The notes beneath the pieces were generated by a model, which saw nothing but the letters and a program-made list of their open reading frames with translations, did not search any database and was not told the origin of the DNA. The translations under genes were made by a program, and so were the position numbers. This document shows, piece by piece, positions 20,419 to 29,461 of a stretch of DNA of 64,000 nt. The DNA comes from an uncultured Flavobacteriaceae bacterium (GTDB lineage Bacteria > Bacteroidota > Bacteroidia > Flavobacteriales > Flavobacteriaceae): the NCBI GenBank assembly GCA_965652205.1, contig CBFGUI010000003.1, positions 12,589-76,588 on the forward strand. The letters are read 5' to 3'. The first letter of the stretch is position 1, and every line of letters begins with the position of its first letter.

Positions 20419-20979
20419 TCATTCCCTGATTACCTTCACCTGTCCGTCATTGCCCAACCTGATGATGGAAGAGGGTACAGGATCTTTGTTTTCAAGGGGC
20501 AAATTTACCACATAGTCCACACCTTTTAAAATTTCAGGGCTTATATCCTGGAACTGCTTTGGAGCCGGTCTTCCCGAAATATTGGCCGAAGTGGACACAA
20601 TGGGCTTCCCGAACCTTCGGATGAGGTATTGGCAGAATTTGTCCGAGGCCACCCGAATGGCCAGGGTATTGTCAGGGGCCACAAGGTTCCCTGCAATGCC
20701 CACCGGCCCATCGTAAACTATGGTGGTGGGTTTGGTGGCCAAATCGATGATATCATAGGCCAGATCCGGGACTTCCCTTATATGGCGTTCCAACATGGCC
20801 TGGTCGGACACAAGGCAGATCAAAGCCTTGCTGTCCTCCCGCTCCTTTAGGGTATAGACCTTTTTTACGGCCTCCGCGTTGGTGGCATCACATCCAATGC
20901 CCCAAAGGGTGTCGGTGGGGTAGAGGATGAGATCGCCCTTTTGAAGTATGTCAATGCAAATGTTGATTTCCTCAATCAA
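20419..20979 (-). CDS. tsaC: L-threonylcarbamoyladenylate synthase (TsaC/Sua5)
   Basis: YPTDTLWGIGC, K.R...K, STSANISG motifs. Confidence 0.95.
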   Translation of the reverse strand: MIEEINICIDILQKGDLILYPTDTLWGIGCDATNAEAVKKVYTLKEREDSKALICLVSDQAMLERHIREVPDLAYDIIDLATKPTTIVYDGPVGIAGNLVAPDNTLAIRVASDKFCQYLIRRFGKPIVSTSANISGRPAPKQFQDISPEILKGVDYVVNLPLENKDPVPSSIIRLGNDGQVKVIRE

Positions 20980-21772
20980 TTTTTAAATCGAATTTAAAAT
21001 GTTTGGTCAATGCCAACCACTGTGTTCTGTTTTTGTCCTCTTGGATATTCCATTTCTTTAAATTGATTTCTTGACTTCCCCAAATGGGAATGGGGTGGCC
21101 TGGGAAAAGCGATGATTGAATCGACTTGGTATGCTGTAAGAGAGACATGGCTTTGAACCATAGGTCATCAGCTTTTGGTGCAAGTTTTAAAAAAAGCTCC
21201 CAATCCAAAGTCGTACTCGAGAGGCTATTGGGGGGATATAATGCACCTGCGGAACCTATGGGCAGGAGTAGCATTGAATTGACATGATGATTGTAGTTTG
21301 TGGGCCATTCCCGATAAGGTTTAAGTTGTCCATGCCGATCATAGGAGATAATCCTGCTCTGGTTGGCAATTATGCATTCCGGATGTCTCTGGTGTTCCAA
21401 ATAAAGACATTCAAGCCATTTTTTCCTATAGATAAGGTCATCATCGGCAGTCACTATAATCTTGTTGGGAAAATGCTTTAAGCTCTCTACCAATTTAAGG
21501 TGGGAGCAATCCAATTGGGAGTACCTGATTTCAAAAATACTTCCCTTAAGTTTTTCCAGAGATTTGGGGATTTTTCCCCTTTGGCTTTCGTTCAACCACA
21601 GAACTATTTTTTCGGGAAGGACGCTTTGGTCCAAAATACTTTTGATTCCAAGGTGCAATTTTTTAAAACGCGATGGAATAGATGTCAAGGAGACGATGAC
21701 CGGTACACTGTCGTTTTTTTTGGTATTCAAGCCTCCAAGGCCAAAAAACGAAAATTTGTATTGGTAGTACAA
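20972..21772 (-). CDS. Low-GC glycosyltransferase-like protein (GT-A fold)
   Basis: VIVSLTSIPSR, Q..LPEKIVLWL, TADDDLIY (DxD-like) and DDLWF motifs; 60-bp spot counts gave 38-40% GC. Confidence 0.8.
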   Translation of the reverse strand: MYYQYKFSFFGLGGLNTKKNDSVPVIVSLTSIPSRFKKLHLGIKSILDQSVLPEKIVLWLNESQRGKIPKSLEKLKGSIFEIRYSQLDCSHLKLVESLKHFPNKIIVTADDDLIYRKKWLECLYLEHQRHPECIIANQSRIISYDRHGQLKPYREWPTNYNHHVNSMLLLPIGSAGALYPPNSLSSTTLDWELFLKLAPKADDLWFKAMSLLQHTKSIQSSLFPGHPIPIWGSQEINLKKWNIQEDKNRTQWLALTKHFKFDLKID

Positions 21773-21863
21773 TGAAAACGGCAGTTACATTAATTTAATA
21801 TCAAATAAGTGGATGGGCAAAATTAACGATATGCAATAACATTAATATTTTTATTTTTACCTG

Positions 21864-22697
21864 ATGAAGCATGAGGAGGGCCAAAGGCCCAAAATTTCAG
21901 TGATCATAAGCACCTACAATGCCGAAGCGTGGCTTGAAAAGGTACTTATTGGTTTAAATTGCCAAATATTCAAGGACTTTGAGGTGGTGGTCGCGGATGA
22001 TGGGTCCGGGCCGAAGACCAAGGAACTGCTCGAGGAATATTCCAAAAGGGTTTTCTATCCCCTCATCCATGTCTGGCAGGAGGACGATGGATTTCAAAAA
22101 TCCAGGATATTGAACAAGGCCATTGAGGCCTGCAATGCAGATTACATCATCATGACCGATGGGGACTGCATTCCCCGGGAGGACTTTGTCCATGTACACT
22201 ATATCAACAAGGAGCCGGGATATTTCATATCCGGTGGCTATTATATGCTTCCCATGAACATCTCCAAGGCCATTGGTCCGGAGGACATAGAAAAGCAGCG
22301 CTGTTTCAATATCAACTGGCTCAAGGAAAAGGGAATTCCAAAGACTTTTAAGAACAATAAGCTGACCGCTAGTGGTTTTATCTCCAAACTGCTGAATACG
22401 ATCACCCCCACCAACGCAAGTTGGAACGGCCACAATTCCTCGGGCTGGAAAAAGGATATCCTAAACGTCAATGGTTTTGACGAGCGCATGCAGTACGGGG
22501 GACAGGACAGGGAACTGGGGGAGCGACTTTTCAACTATGGAATTAAATCAAAGCAATTGCGCTACAGTGCGGTCTGTGTTCATTTGGACCACAAGCGCGG
22601 GTACAAGACCCCGGAGTCCATTGCCAAGAACCTGGCCATACGCCGCGAGACCAAGGTGAATAAAGCGGTCTGGACCCACTATGGCATCAGCAAGTAA
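21864..22697 (+). CDS. Glycosyltransferase family 2
   Basis: SVIISTYN, VADDGS, MTDGDC, GFDE...YGGQD. Confidence 0.93.
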   Translation: MKHEEGQRPKISVIISTYNAEAWLEKVLIGLNCQIFKDFEVVVADDGSGPKTKELLEEYSKRVFYPLIHVWQEDDGFQKSRILNKAIEACNADYIIMTDGDCIPREDFVHVHYINKEPGYFISGGYYMLPMNISKAIGPEDIEKQRCFNINWLKEKGIPKTFKNNKLTASGFISKLLNTITPTNASWNGHNSSGWKKDILNVNGFDERMQYGGQDRELGERLFNYGIKSKQLRYSAVCVHLDHKRGYKTPESIAKNLAIRRETKVNKAVWTHYGISK

Positions 22698-23482
22698 TAG
22701 GCGATTTTGTTTTTCTTTTCCAACCTTTTAAGTTCCCGGAACCTTTCCAGTACGCCAAGGGCATTGAGGTAACAGATGGTAATGCCTTTCTTGCCGTCCA
22801 AAAAGCCCAAGCGGATCACATAGTGGTTGAAGAATTTCCAAACGGGTTTGATCCCCATCAAAAGGTAATTGAACGGTTTTTCCCTATAGAAGTCCTCCTT
22901 GGCCTTCAACTGCCCATATCTGAGCATTTTTCCCTTGTAATCCTCGTAGTCCTTGTAACAATAATGGACCAACTTTTCCTTTAGGATGCCGGAAGTTCCG
23001 TCCACCTCCAAGGTTTCGTGCACGATCCTCTTGTCCGTGAAATGCACTTTGCTCTTTCTGAAGAGCCTGTGGTTTTTATCGGTCTGCCATCCACTGAAGT
23101 TCAAAGGCCGGTCCTGAAACATGAATTTGCGATAGAACCAATAGGCCTGGTGGGCCTTGGGGTCGTTTATCGTTTCAACAATCTCTTTTTGGAGCTTTTC
23201 GCCCACCACCTCATCCGCATCCAAAAACAGTACCCAATCGTGGGTGGCATGGTTGAGGGTAAAGGATTTCTGGGCCGTAAAGTTTTCAAAGGGATTTTGG
23301 ATTACCCGGACCTTGGGATGCTCCATCAAATATTCAAAGGTGCCGTCCGTACTATAGGAATCCACCACCAAAATCTCATCGGCAAAGGAAACGGAATCGA
23401 TACATCTTTCGATGTAGCCCATTTCATTGTAGGTGATGATCAGTGCTGATAATTTTTGCTTTGGGGCGCTCAATCCAGCCAT
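22679..23482 (-). CDS. Glycosyltransferase family 2 (WaaE/KdtX-like LPS core)
   Basis: IITYNE, VDSYSTDGT, FLDADE, VHE motif. Confidence 0.92.
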   Translation of the reverse strand: MAGLSAPKQKLSALIITYNEMGYIERCIDSVSFADEILVVDSYSTDGTFEYLMEHPKVRVIQNPFENFTAQKSFTLNHATHDWVLFLDADEVVGEKLQKEIVETINDPKAHQAYWFYRKFMFQDRPLNFSGWQTDKNHRLFRKSKVHFTDKRIVHETLEVDGTSGILKEKLVHYCYKDYEDYKGKMLRYGQLKAKEDFYREKPFNYLLMGIKPVWKFFNHYVIRLGFLDGKKGITICYLNALGVLERFRELKRLEKKNKIAYYLLMP

Positions 23483-23738
23483 ATAGGGTGCGGTATTTTC
23501 AACAATACAAAATTATAACAGATAAAGCAGGGAAAAATTGCTTCATACATCTTTTTCTTACAACAATCAAATCGAAAAATTCCCTACCGCAAAGTTAGTG
23601 TTCCTTGATTTGATATCCTTACGGTTTTCCTTTAATAAGATATCCGGTTGTGGGGAAGGTTGCGTGGACTTTGGATTTTAAGTTCCGGCCAGCAGCTTTT
23701 TTGGTCGAAGGTTTCCGATCCTTTGTTCGGGGAACCTC

Positions 23739-24554
23739 CTAAACCGCTACATCATGCTCCCTAAGGGCGTTGTTCAGGGAAGTTTTCTTATCGGTACTTT
23801 CCTTGCGTCGGCCAATGATCAAGGCGCAGGGCACCTGATATTCCCCGGCAGGGAACTGTTTGGTGTAACTTCCCGGGATGACCACCGATCTGGCCGGTAC
23901 CCTTCCCTTGAGTTCCACGGGTTTGTCCCCGGTCACGTCGATGATCTTGGTCGATGCGGTCAGGACCACATTGGCCCCCAATACCGCTTCCCGTTCCACG
24001 CGTACCCCCTCGACAACGATACAACGGGAACCAATGAAGGCGTTGTCCTCGATGATCACCGGGGCTGCCTGCAAGGGTTCCAAGACCCCCCCTATGCCGA
24101 CCCCGCCACTCAGGTGGACGTTCTTGCCGATCTGGGCACAACTGCCGACCGTGGCCCAGGTATCGACCATGGTCCCCTGGTCCACATAGGCCCCGATGTT
24201 GACATAGCTGGGCATCAGGATGGTGCCCGCTGAAATATAGGCCCCATGTCGGGCCACTGCCGATGGGACCACGCGGATCCCTTTTTCCCCATAGCCCCTT
24301 TTCAAGGGGATTTTATCGTGAAATTCAAAAATACCGGCCTCCAGCACTTCCATTTTTTGTATCGGAAAGTAGAGTACCACGGCCTTTTTCACCCACTCGT
24401 TGATCTGCCATTCCTCCCCATTGGGTTGGGCACAACGCAGTTCCCCCCTGTCGAGAAGCCCAATGGCCTCCCTAATGGCATTTTGGGTCCTTTGTTCTTC
24501 CAACAATTCCCTGTTTTCCCATGCATTTTCGATCAACTCCCTAATGGCTGTCAT
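23739..24554 (-). CDS. dapD: 2,3,4,5-tetrahydropyridine-2,6-dicarboxylate N-succinyltransferase
   Basis: WVKKAVVLYF, DKIPLK, MPSYVNIGAYV, DTWATVGSCAQIG, GGVLEP. Start placed at ATG 24554. Confidence 0.97.
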   Translation of the reverse strand: MTAIRELIENAWENRELLEEQRTQNAIREAIGLLDRGELRCAQPNGEEWQINEWVKKAVVLYFPIQKMEVLEAGIFEFHDKIPLKRGYGEKGIRVVPSAVARHGAYISAGTILMPSYVNIGAYVDQGTMVDTWATVGSCAQIGKNVHLSGGVGIGGVLEPLQAAPVIIEDNAFIGSRCIVVEGVRVEREAVLGANVVLTASTKIIDVTGDKPVELKGRVPARSVVIPGSYTKQFPAGEYQVPCALIIGRRKESTDKKTSLNNALREHDVAV

Positions 24555-24570
24555 TATTTTTAAATTTTTG

Positions 24571-24578
24571 CAAAGATA
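24571..24578 (-). promoter_or_regulatory. Bacteroidota -7 box for dapD
   Basis: TATCTTTG on the minus strand, 16 bp upstream of ATG 24554. Confidence 0.6.
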
Positions 24579-24652
24579 GGCCCCTGCCCAGAATATCACC
24601 CCCATTTTTAAGGCCATAACATTTTTAGGGTTATTTTTGCAGAAAAATTGTT

Positions 24653-25063
24653 TTGGCAAGAATACTGGCCTTGGATTATGGGAAGATCAGGACCGGGATC
24701 GCGGTCACGGACGAACTCCAATTGATTGCATCGGGACTCACTACCGTTCCCACCAAGGAACTGATTCCCTTTCTGGAGGATTACCTCAAGGGGGAGCAGG
24801 TGGAGCTTTTTGTGGTGGGACTTCCCAAACAGATGGACAATACCCCCTCGGAATCCGAAGTGGGGATCCAGGAACTCCTAAAGAAATTGGCGGCCATGTT
24901 CCCCAATGTTCCGGTGGAACGCCAAGACGAGAGATTTACCTCCAAAATGGCGGTGCGTTCCATGGTGGAGGGCGGATTGAAAAAAAAGAAAAGACGTGAC
25001 AAGGCCCTGATCGATGAGATTAGTGCCACCCTGATCTTACAGGCCTATTTAAATAGAAAGTAG
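24653..25063 (+). CDS. ruvX: RuvX/YqgF pre-16S rRNA nuclease
   Basis: LALDYG..RTGIAV, DERFTS and D..SA..ILQ motifs. Confidence 0.95.
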   Translation: MARILALDYGKIRTGIAVTDELQLIASGLTTVPTKELIPFLEDYLKGEQVELFVVGLPKQMDNTPSESEVGIQELLKKLAAMFPNVPVERQDERFTSKMAVRSMVEGGLKKKKRRDKALIDEISATLILQAYLNRK

Positions 25064-25066
25064 TTT

Positions 25067-25657
25067 ATGATATTACCCATTGTAGCATACGGAGACCCCG
25101 TTTTACGCAAAAAGGCGACCGATATTGCCCCGGACCACCCGGATTTAAAACCCCTGATCGCCAATATGTGGGAGACCATGTACAACGCCCACGGCGTTGG
25201 CCTGGCCGCTCCCCAGGTCGGACTTCCAATTCGGTTGTTCGTGGTGGACACGGATCCCTTCTCCAATGATGAGGATCTGGGCCAGGAGGAACAAATGGCC
25301 CTGAAAGGGTTTAAGAAAGTGTTCATCAACGCCAAGATAGAGCAGGAGAGTGGCAAGGAATGGGATTTCAACGAAGGCTGCCTTAGCATTCCGGATATTC
25401 GGGAAGATGTCAAGCGTAAGCCGGAGATCACCATCAGTTACCTCGATGAGAATTTCAAGCCCCATAGGGAAACCTATAAGGGAACCCTGGCCCGGGTGAT
25501 TCAGCACGAATACGACCATATTGAGGGCATTCTGTTCACCGATAAGCTATCCTCCCTGAAAAAGCGATTGATCAAGGGAAAGTTGGACAAGATTTCCAAG
25601 GGAAAAATCGATGTGGAGTACAGGATGAAGTTTCCCAATATCAAAAAAGGACGTTAA
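25067..25657 (+). CDS. def: Peptide deformylase
   Basis: GVGLAAPQ, EGCLS and QHEYDH motifs. Confidence 0.98.
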   Translation: MILPIVAYGDPVLRKKATDIAPDHPDLKPLIANMWETMYNAHGVGLAAPQVGLPIRLFVVDTDPFSNDEDLGQEEQMALKGFKKVFINAKIEQESGKEWDFNEGCLSIPDIREDVKRKPEITISYLDENFKPHRETYKGTLARVIQHEYDHIEGILFTDKLSSLKKRLIKGKLDKISKGKIDVEYRMKFPNIKKGR

Positions 25658-25711
25658 AAAAATCACAGTTTCGCATAAAGCCATATTTTTGCCCGCATAA
25701 ATTGAAACCAA

Positions 25712-26152
25712 ATGGCACTGGACAAAATCTTATCCATAGGCGGTAAGCCCGGACTCTACAAATTGATCACCCAGACCAGGACCGGCTTTGTCGGGGAATC
25801 CCTATTGGACGGCAAACGTCTGAGTGTGGGCCTGAGGAACAATGTGAGTGTGCTATCCGAAATTGCCATTTACACCCTGGAGGAGGAAGTGCCCCTTCGG
25901 GAAGTCTTTCAAAAAATAAAGGAAAAGGAGGGGGGCAAAAAAACTTCCATTTCCCACAAGGCCGAAAAATTGGAACTCGAGGAATATTTCTTTGAAATCC
26001 TCCCCAATTACGATGAGGATCGGGTCTATCCGAGCGACATCAAGAAAATCATTCAGTGGTACAATATCCTTATCGATAAGGACATCACCGATTTTATCGA
26101 GGCCACCGAGGATGCGAAGGAGGCCGTTGAGGCCTCCTCCGAAGAAGAGTGA
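25712..26152 (+). CDS. DUF5606-domain protein (Bacteroidota conserved)
   Basis: ILSIGGKPGLYK N-terminus and YDEDRVYPSDIKKII.WYNIL; TATTTTTG box at 25684-25691. Confidence 0.85.
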   Translation: MALDKILSIGGKPGLYKLITQTRTGFVGESLLDGKRLSVGLRNNVSVLSEIAIYTLEEEVPLREVFQKIKEKEGGKKTSISHKAEKLELEEYFFEILPNYDEDRVYPSDIKKIIQWYNILIDKDITDFIEATEDAKEAVEASSEEE

Positions 26153-27733
26153 TCAGTCCTCCTTCCCTTTCCAGTCCACCAATCCAGTGGGGTAAAAATT
26201 GATTTCCATGGCCTTAAAATAGGGCAACTGCCGGGCCAAACGGTTCCGGTAATCCTCCCATTGGAGCGCTTCCCCGTTGGACCAACCCAGTTCGGCATAC
26301 CCCAAGGCCCTTGGGAAAGCCAGGTATTCCAGGCCCGTTCTGTCCGAGATGGTCTCGGACCATAGGGGAGCTTCGATGCCAAATATGCTTTCCTCGGGCA
26401 GGCCCTCCACAAAGGTCCCCGGATTCCAATTGTATCCATGGTCCACTGGAATCAGACCGGCCCAGCTGAGGCCGAACCGGGAAAGGCTGTCGTATTTCAT
26501 GTCCATATAGGCCCTACTGGCAGGGGAAAACAAGATCTTGGATCCGTTTTTGGCAGCTTTCAGGGCATTCTTGGGGTCGTTCCAGAACTGGACCACTGTC
26601 GTTTCATCGATATTGGCCTGCGCGATCTCATCCCAGCCCATGGCCTTTTTTCCGTGCTTATGGACCAATTTTTCCACCCGCTCCACAAATTGGATATACC
26701 CTTTTTTCTCGGTCACATGGCTTTCATCCCCGCCAATATGGAAATAGGGTCCGGGGCTTATGGCGGCAATTTCACGGATCACATCATCGATAAAGGCATA
26801 GACGGTGCCCTTTTGGGTGTCGAAGGTGCTGAACCCCACCTCGGTTCCCGTATAGGGCTTGAGCGCTTTCCCGTTCCCATTTAAAAAGGGATAGCTCAGG
26901 GAGGCGGCATTGGTATGGCCGGGCATATCGATTTCCGGGACGATGGTCATATGCCTTTGGGCGGCATGGGCCACGATTTCCTTAAAATCCTCCTGGGTGA
27001 AAAATCCCCCTTCACCTCCACCGACCTGGGTCTTGCCCCCGATTTCGGTGAGCTTGGGCCAGGATTTGATCTCGATCCGCCAACCTTGGTCGTCCGAAAG
27101 GTGGAGGTGGAGGGCGTTGTACTTGTAATAGGCGAGGATATCGATGAATCTTTTGACTTCTTCCACACTGAAGAAATGTCGGGCCACGTCCAGCATGGCC
27201 GAACGATGGGCAAACCTGGGGGCATCGATGATCTTTCCACTGGGAATCGGCCATAGGGGTTGATCGGCAAGGGTGTCGTTGCTTTGATCGGGGATGAGCT
27301 GTCTGAGGGTCTGCACTCCCCTAAAGGCCCCCGCCGCGGTCTTCGCGTTCAGGTAGATCGAATCCCTTTTGATCAGGAGTTGGTAGGATTCCGGACCCTC
27401 CAGGTCAACGGAATCCGATTGGTTGATATAGATCAAGCGCTCCAATTTTTCAGAACCGCTGTCGTTCACGGCCAATTCCAAGCCGGTGTGGAGCTTGATC
27501 TTGTCGGCAAGGAACCTGCCCACCTCCTCAAATTGGGGATCTCCACCGGAAGTGTAGATTACCGTTGAGGAGTCCAATCCAAAGGCGGAATGGGTGGCTA
27601 TGATCTTTTGGGGTTTGGGAATCAGGGCAGCTTGGTCCAGCTGGGTTCTTGGAAAATCGATTTCCTTTTTTTGGTCCTGGCAGGCGGCCAATAGGAGAAT
27701 GGCGGCAAAGAGGGTCAGGGTTCTTTTTAGCAT
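26153..27733 (-). CDS. Beta-N-acetylhexosaminidase (GH20), lipoprotein
   Basis: Lipobox LLAAC, MLDVARH, HLHLSDDQGWR, PEIDMPGH, catalytic HIGGDE, PRALGYAE. Confidence 0.95.
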   Translation of the reverse strand: MLKRTLTLFAAILLLAACQDQKKEIDFPRTQLDQAALIPKPQKIIATHSAFGLDSSTVIYTSGGDPQFEEVGRFLADKIKLHTGLELAVNDSGSEKLERLIYINQSDSVDLEGPESYQLLIKRDSIYLNAKTAAGAFRGVQTLRQLIPDQSNDTLADQPLWPIPSGKIIDAPRFAHRSAMLDVARHFFSVEEVKRFIDILAYYKYNALHLHLSDDQGWRIEIKSWPKLTEIGGKTQVGGGEGGFFTQEDFKEIVAHAAQRHMTIVPEIDMPGHTNAASLSYPFLNGNGKALKPYTGTEVGFSTFDTQKGTVYAFIDDVIREIAAISPGPYFHIGGDESHVTEKKGYIQFVERVEKLVHKHGKKAMGWDEIAQANIDETTVVQFWNDPKNALKAAKNGSKILFSPASRAYMDMKYDSLSRFGLSWAGLIPVDHGYNWNPGTFVEGLPEESIFGIEAPLWSETISDRTGLEYLAFPRALGYAELGWSNGEALQWEDYRNRLARQLPYFKAMEINFYPTGLVDWKGKED

Positions 27734-27742
27734 GGCAAGGGT

Positions 27743-28411
27743 TTAAGGTTCAACATGGTTCTTTAGTTGGTCATACCAAATATCATATCCTTTGGCATTG
27801 AGGTGGAGGCCGTCCTCCAGGAACAGCTCTTGGTTCAGTTTTCTCCCATTGAGCATGGGGTTCCAGATATCGACAAATTCGACACCCTGGTACTTGCCGG
27901 CCAGTCGGCTGAGTTTTCGGTTCAATCGTTTGTATTTCCCCCTGAGGTTCCATCTGGAAATGCTCGGCTTTGGGGAGATCAGTACAATTTGGATGTCCTC
28001 TTTGGCGTCTCGCAGCCGCTCGATGACATTTTCAGCGGTTTCAATGATTTCCCGTTGTCTTTTTCGAGCCGAAATATCATTGTCCCCCTCATAAATGAAC
28101 ACCTTCACCGGCCTATAATCCAGGACCAGTTCATCCAGATAGCGCTGAAGATCTGAAAACTGAGATCCCCCGAAGCCTGTGTTCAGTACCTGTTGATCCG
28201 GAAAGCGGAGGTCCAGGTCGTACCACATGCGTATACTCGAACTGCCGGTGAACACTATGGTGGGCCTTTCGGCATCCCAAATGCTGTCATATTTTTTTTG
28301 GATGGCCACCACTTCCCCAGCGAAGGCCTCCCCATTTTGGGTATGCCCAAGGACGGAGAACAGCAGAAATAAAATCGGGAGTCTTTTCAAAAAAACACTT
28401 CTATATTCCAT
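27743..28411 (-). CDS. SGNH/GDSL hydrolase
   Basis: FTGSSSIRMW block I, NTGFGGS, YEGDND block III, DGLH block V. Confidence 0.92.
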   Translation of the reverse strand: MEYRSVFLKRLPILFLLFSVLGHTQNGEAFAGEVVAIQKKYDSIWDAERPTIVFTGSSSIRMWYDLDLRFPDQQVLNTGFGGSQFSDLQRYLDELVLDYRPVKVFIYEGDNDISARKRQREIIETAENVIERLRDAKEDIQIVLISPKPSISRWNLRGKYKRLNRKLSRLAGKYQGVEFVDIWNPMLNGRKLNQELFLEDGLHLNAKGYDIWYDQLKNHVEP

Positions 28412-28566
28412 TTTTTAACTTGGATTATTTTGCCAAAAATAGGGATATTGGATCGATTATGGGGATTGTTTTATTGTGCCCCGGGGTTCTGACAAGCCTT
28501 TCAGCAGGGGTCCGGTCTTTTAAAAAAATTGGTCTAGATCCAACGATTCGCAAAGTAGGGGATTCG

Positions 28567-28574
28567 TACCTTTG
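28567..28574 (+). promoter_or_regulatory. Bacteroidota -7 box for mazG
   Basis: TACCTTTG 15 bp upstream of ATG 28590. Confidence 0.6.
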
Positions 28575-28589
28575 GGCAAAATATTTTGG

Positions 28590-29363
28590 ATGAACGCAAG
28601 ATCTCGGCAGCTAAAGGCCATTGAACGCCTGTTGAACATCATGGACGAACTTAGGGAACAATGTCCCTGGGACCGGAAACAGACCATGGAATCCCTTCGC
28701 CATTTGACCATTGAGGAAACCTATGAATTGGGAGATGCCATTTTGGACAACGATCTGGACGAGGTCAAAAAGGAATTGGGGGACCTGTTGCTCCACATTG
28801 TCTTCTATGCCAAGATCGGTTCGGAAACCGGGGACTTTGACATTGGGGACGTGGCCGATAATATCTGTGAAAAACTGATTGCCCGGCATCCCCATATATA
28901 CGGGGATGTCGAGGTAATGGATGAGGACGAGGTGAAACGGAACTGGGAAAACATCAAACTGGGCGAAGGCAAGAAATCCGTGCTCCAGGGAGTGCCCAAG
29001 GGCCTTCCGGCCTTGGTCAAGGCCAACCGCATCCAGGACAAGGTCGCCGGAGTGGGCTTCGATTGGGAAGAGAACGATCAGGTCTTTGATAAGCTCCAAG
29101 AAGAGTTGGGGGAGTTCCGGCAGGAAGTGGACCAAGGAAATCCCGAGGGGATGGAATCCGAGTTTGGGGATGTACTCTTTTCCATGGTGAACTACGCCAG
29201 ATTTCTGAAGATAGATCCGGAGAATGCCCTGGAGCGGACCAACAAAAAATTCATCAAGCGCTTTCAGTATCTGGAGGATAAGGCAAGGAGCAGTGGCAGG
29301 AAGCTCAAGGATATGACCCTGGCGGAAATGGATGTGTATTGGGAAGAGGCCAAGGGACTTTGA
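28590..29363 (+). CDS. mazG: Nucleoside triphosphate pyrophosphohydrolase
   Basis: CPWDRKQT, EETYE, ELGDLL and second-domain EFGDVLF. Start placed at ATG 28590. Confidence 0.96.
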   Translation: MNARSRQLKAIERLLNIMDELREQCPWDRKQTMESLRHLTIEETYELGDAILDNDLDEVKKELGDLLLHIVFYAKIGSETGDFDIGDVADNICEKLIARHPHIYGDVEVMDEDEVKRNWENIKLGEGKKSVLQGVPKGLPALVKANRIQDKVAGVGFDWEENDQVFDKLQEELGEFRQEVDQGNPEGMESEFGDVLFSMVNYARFLKIDPENALERTNKKFIKRFQYLEDKARSSGRKLKDMTLAEMDVYWEEAKGL

Positions 29364-29461
29364 TCGGACCGCCATTTTGCAATTCCCCCAAAATCCTTCC
29401 CCGGAAAGCCCTTGAAGTTTTTGTGATACTCTTATCTTTGTTCCCTTTTTAAGCCACTGAA

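Noticed and set aside
24612-24635. Second in-window target for the TnpB guide (AACATTTTTAGGG near the dapD/ruvX promoter; also CCCTAAAAAT at 40321)
   Set aside because: Only 8-11 nt AT-rich partial matches and no adjacent TTAT TAM.
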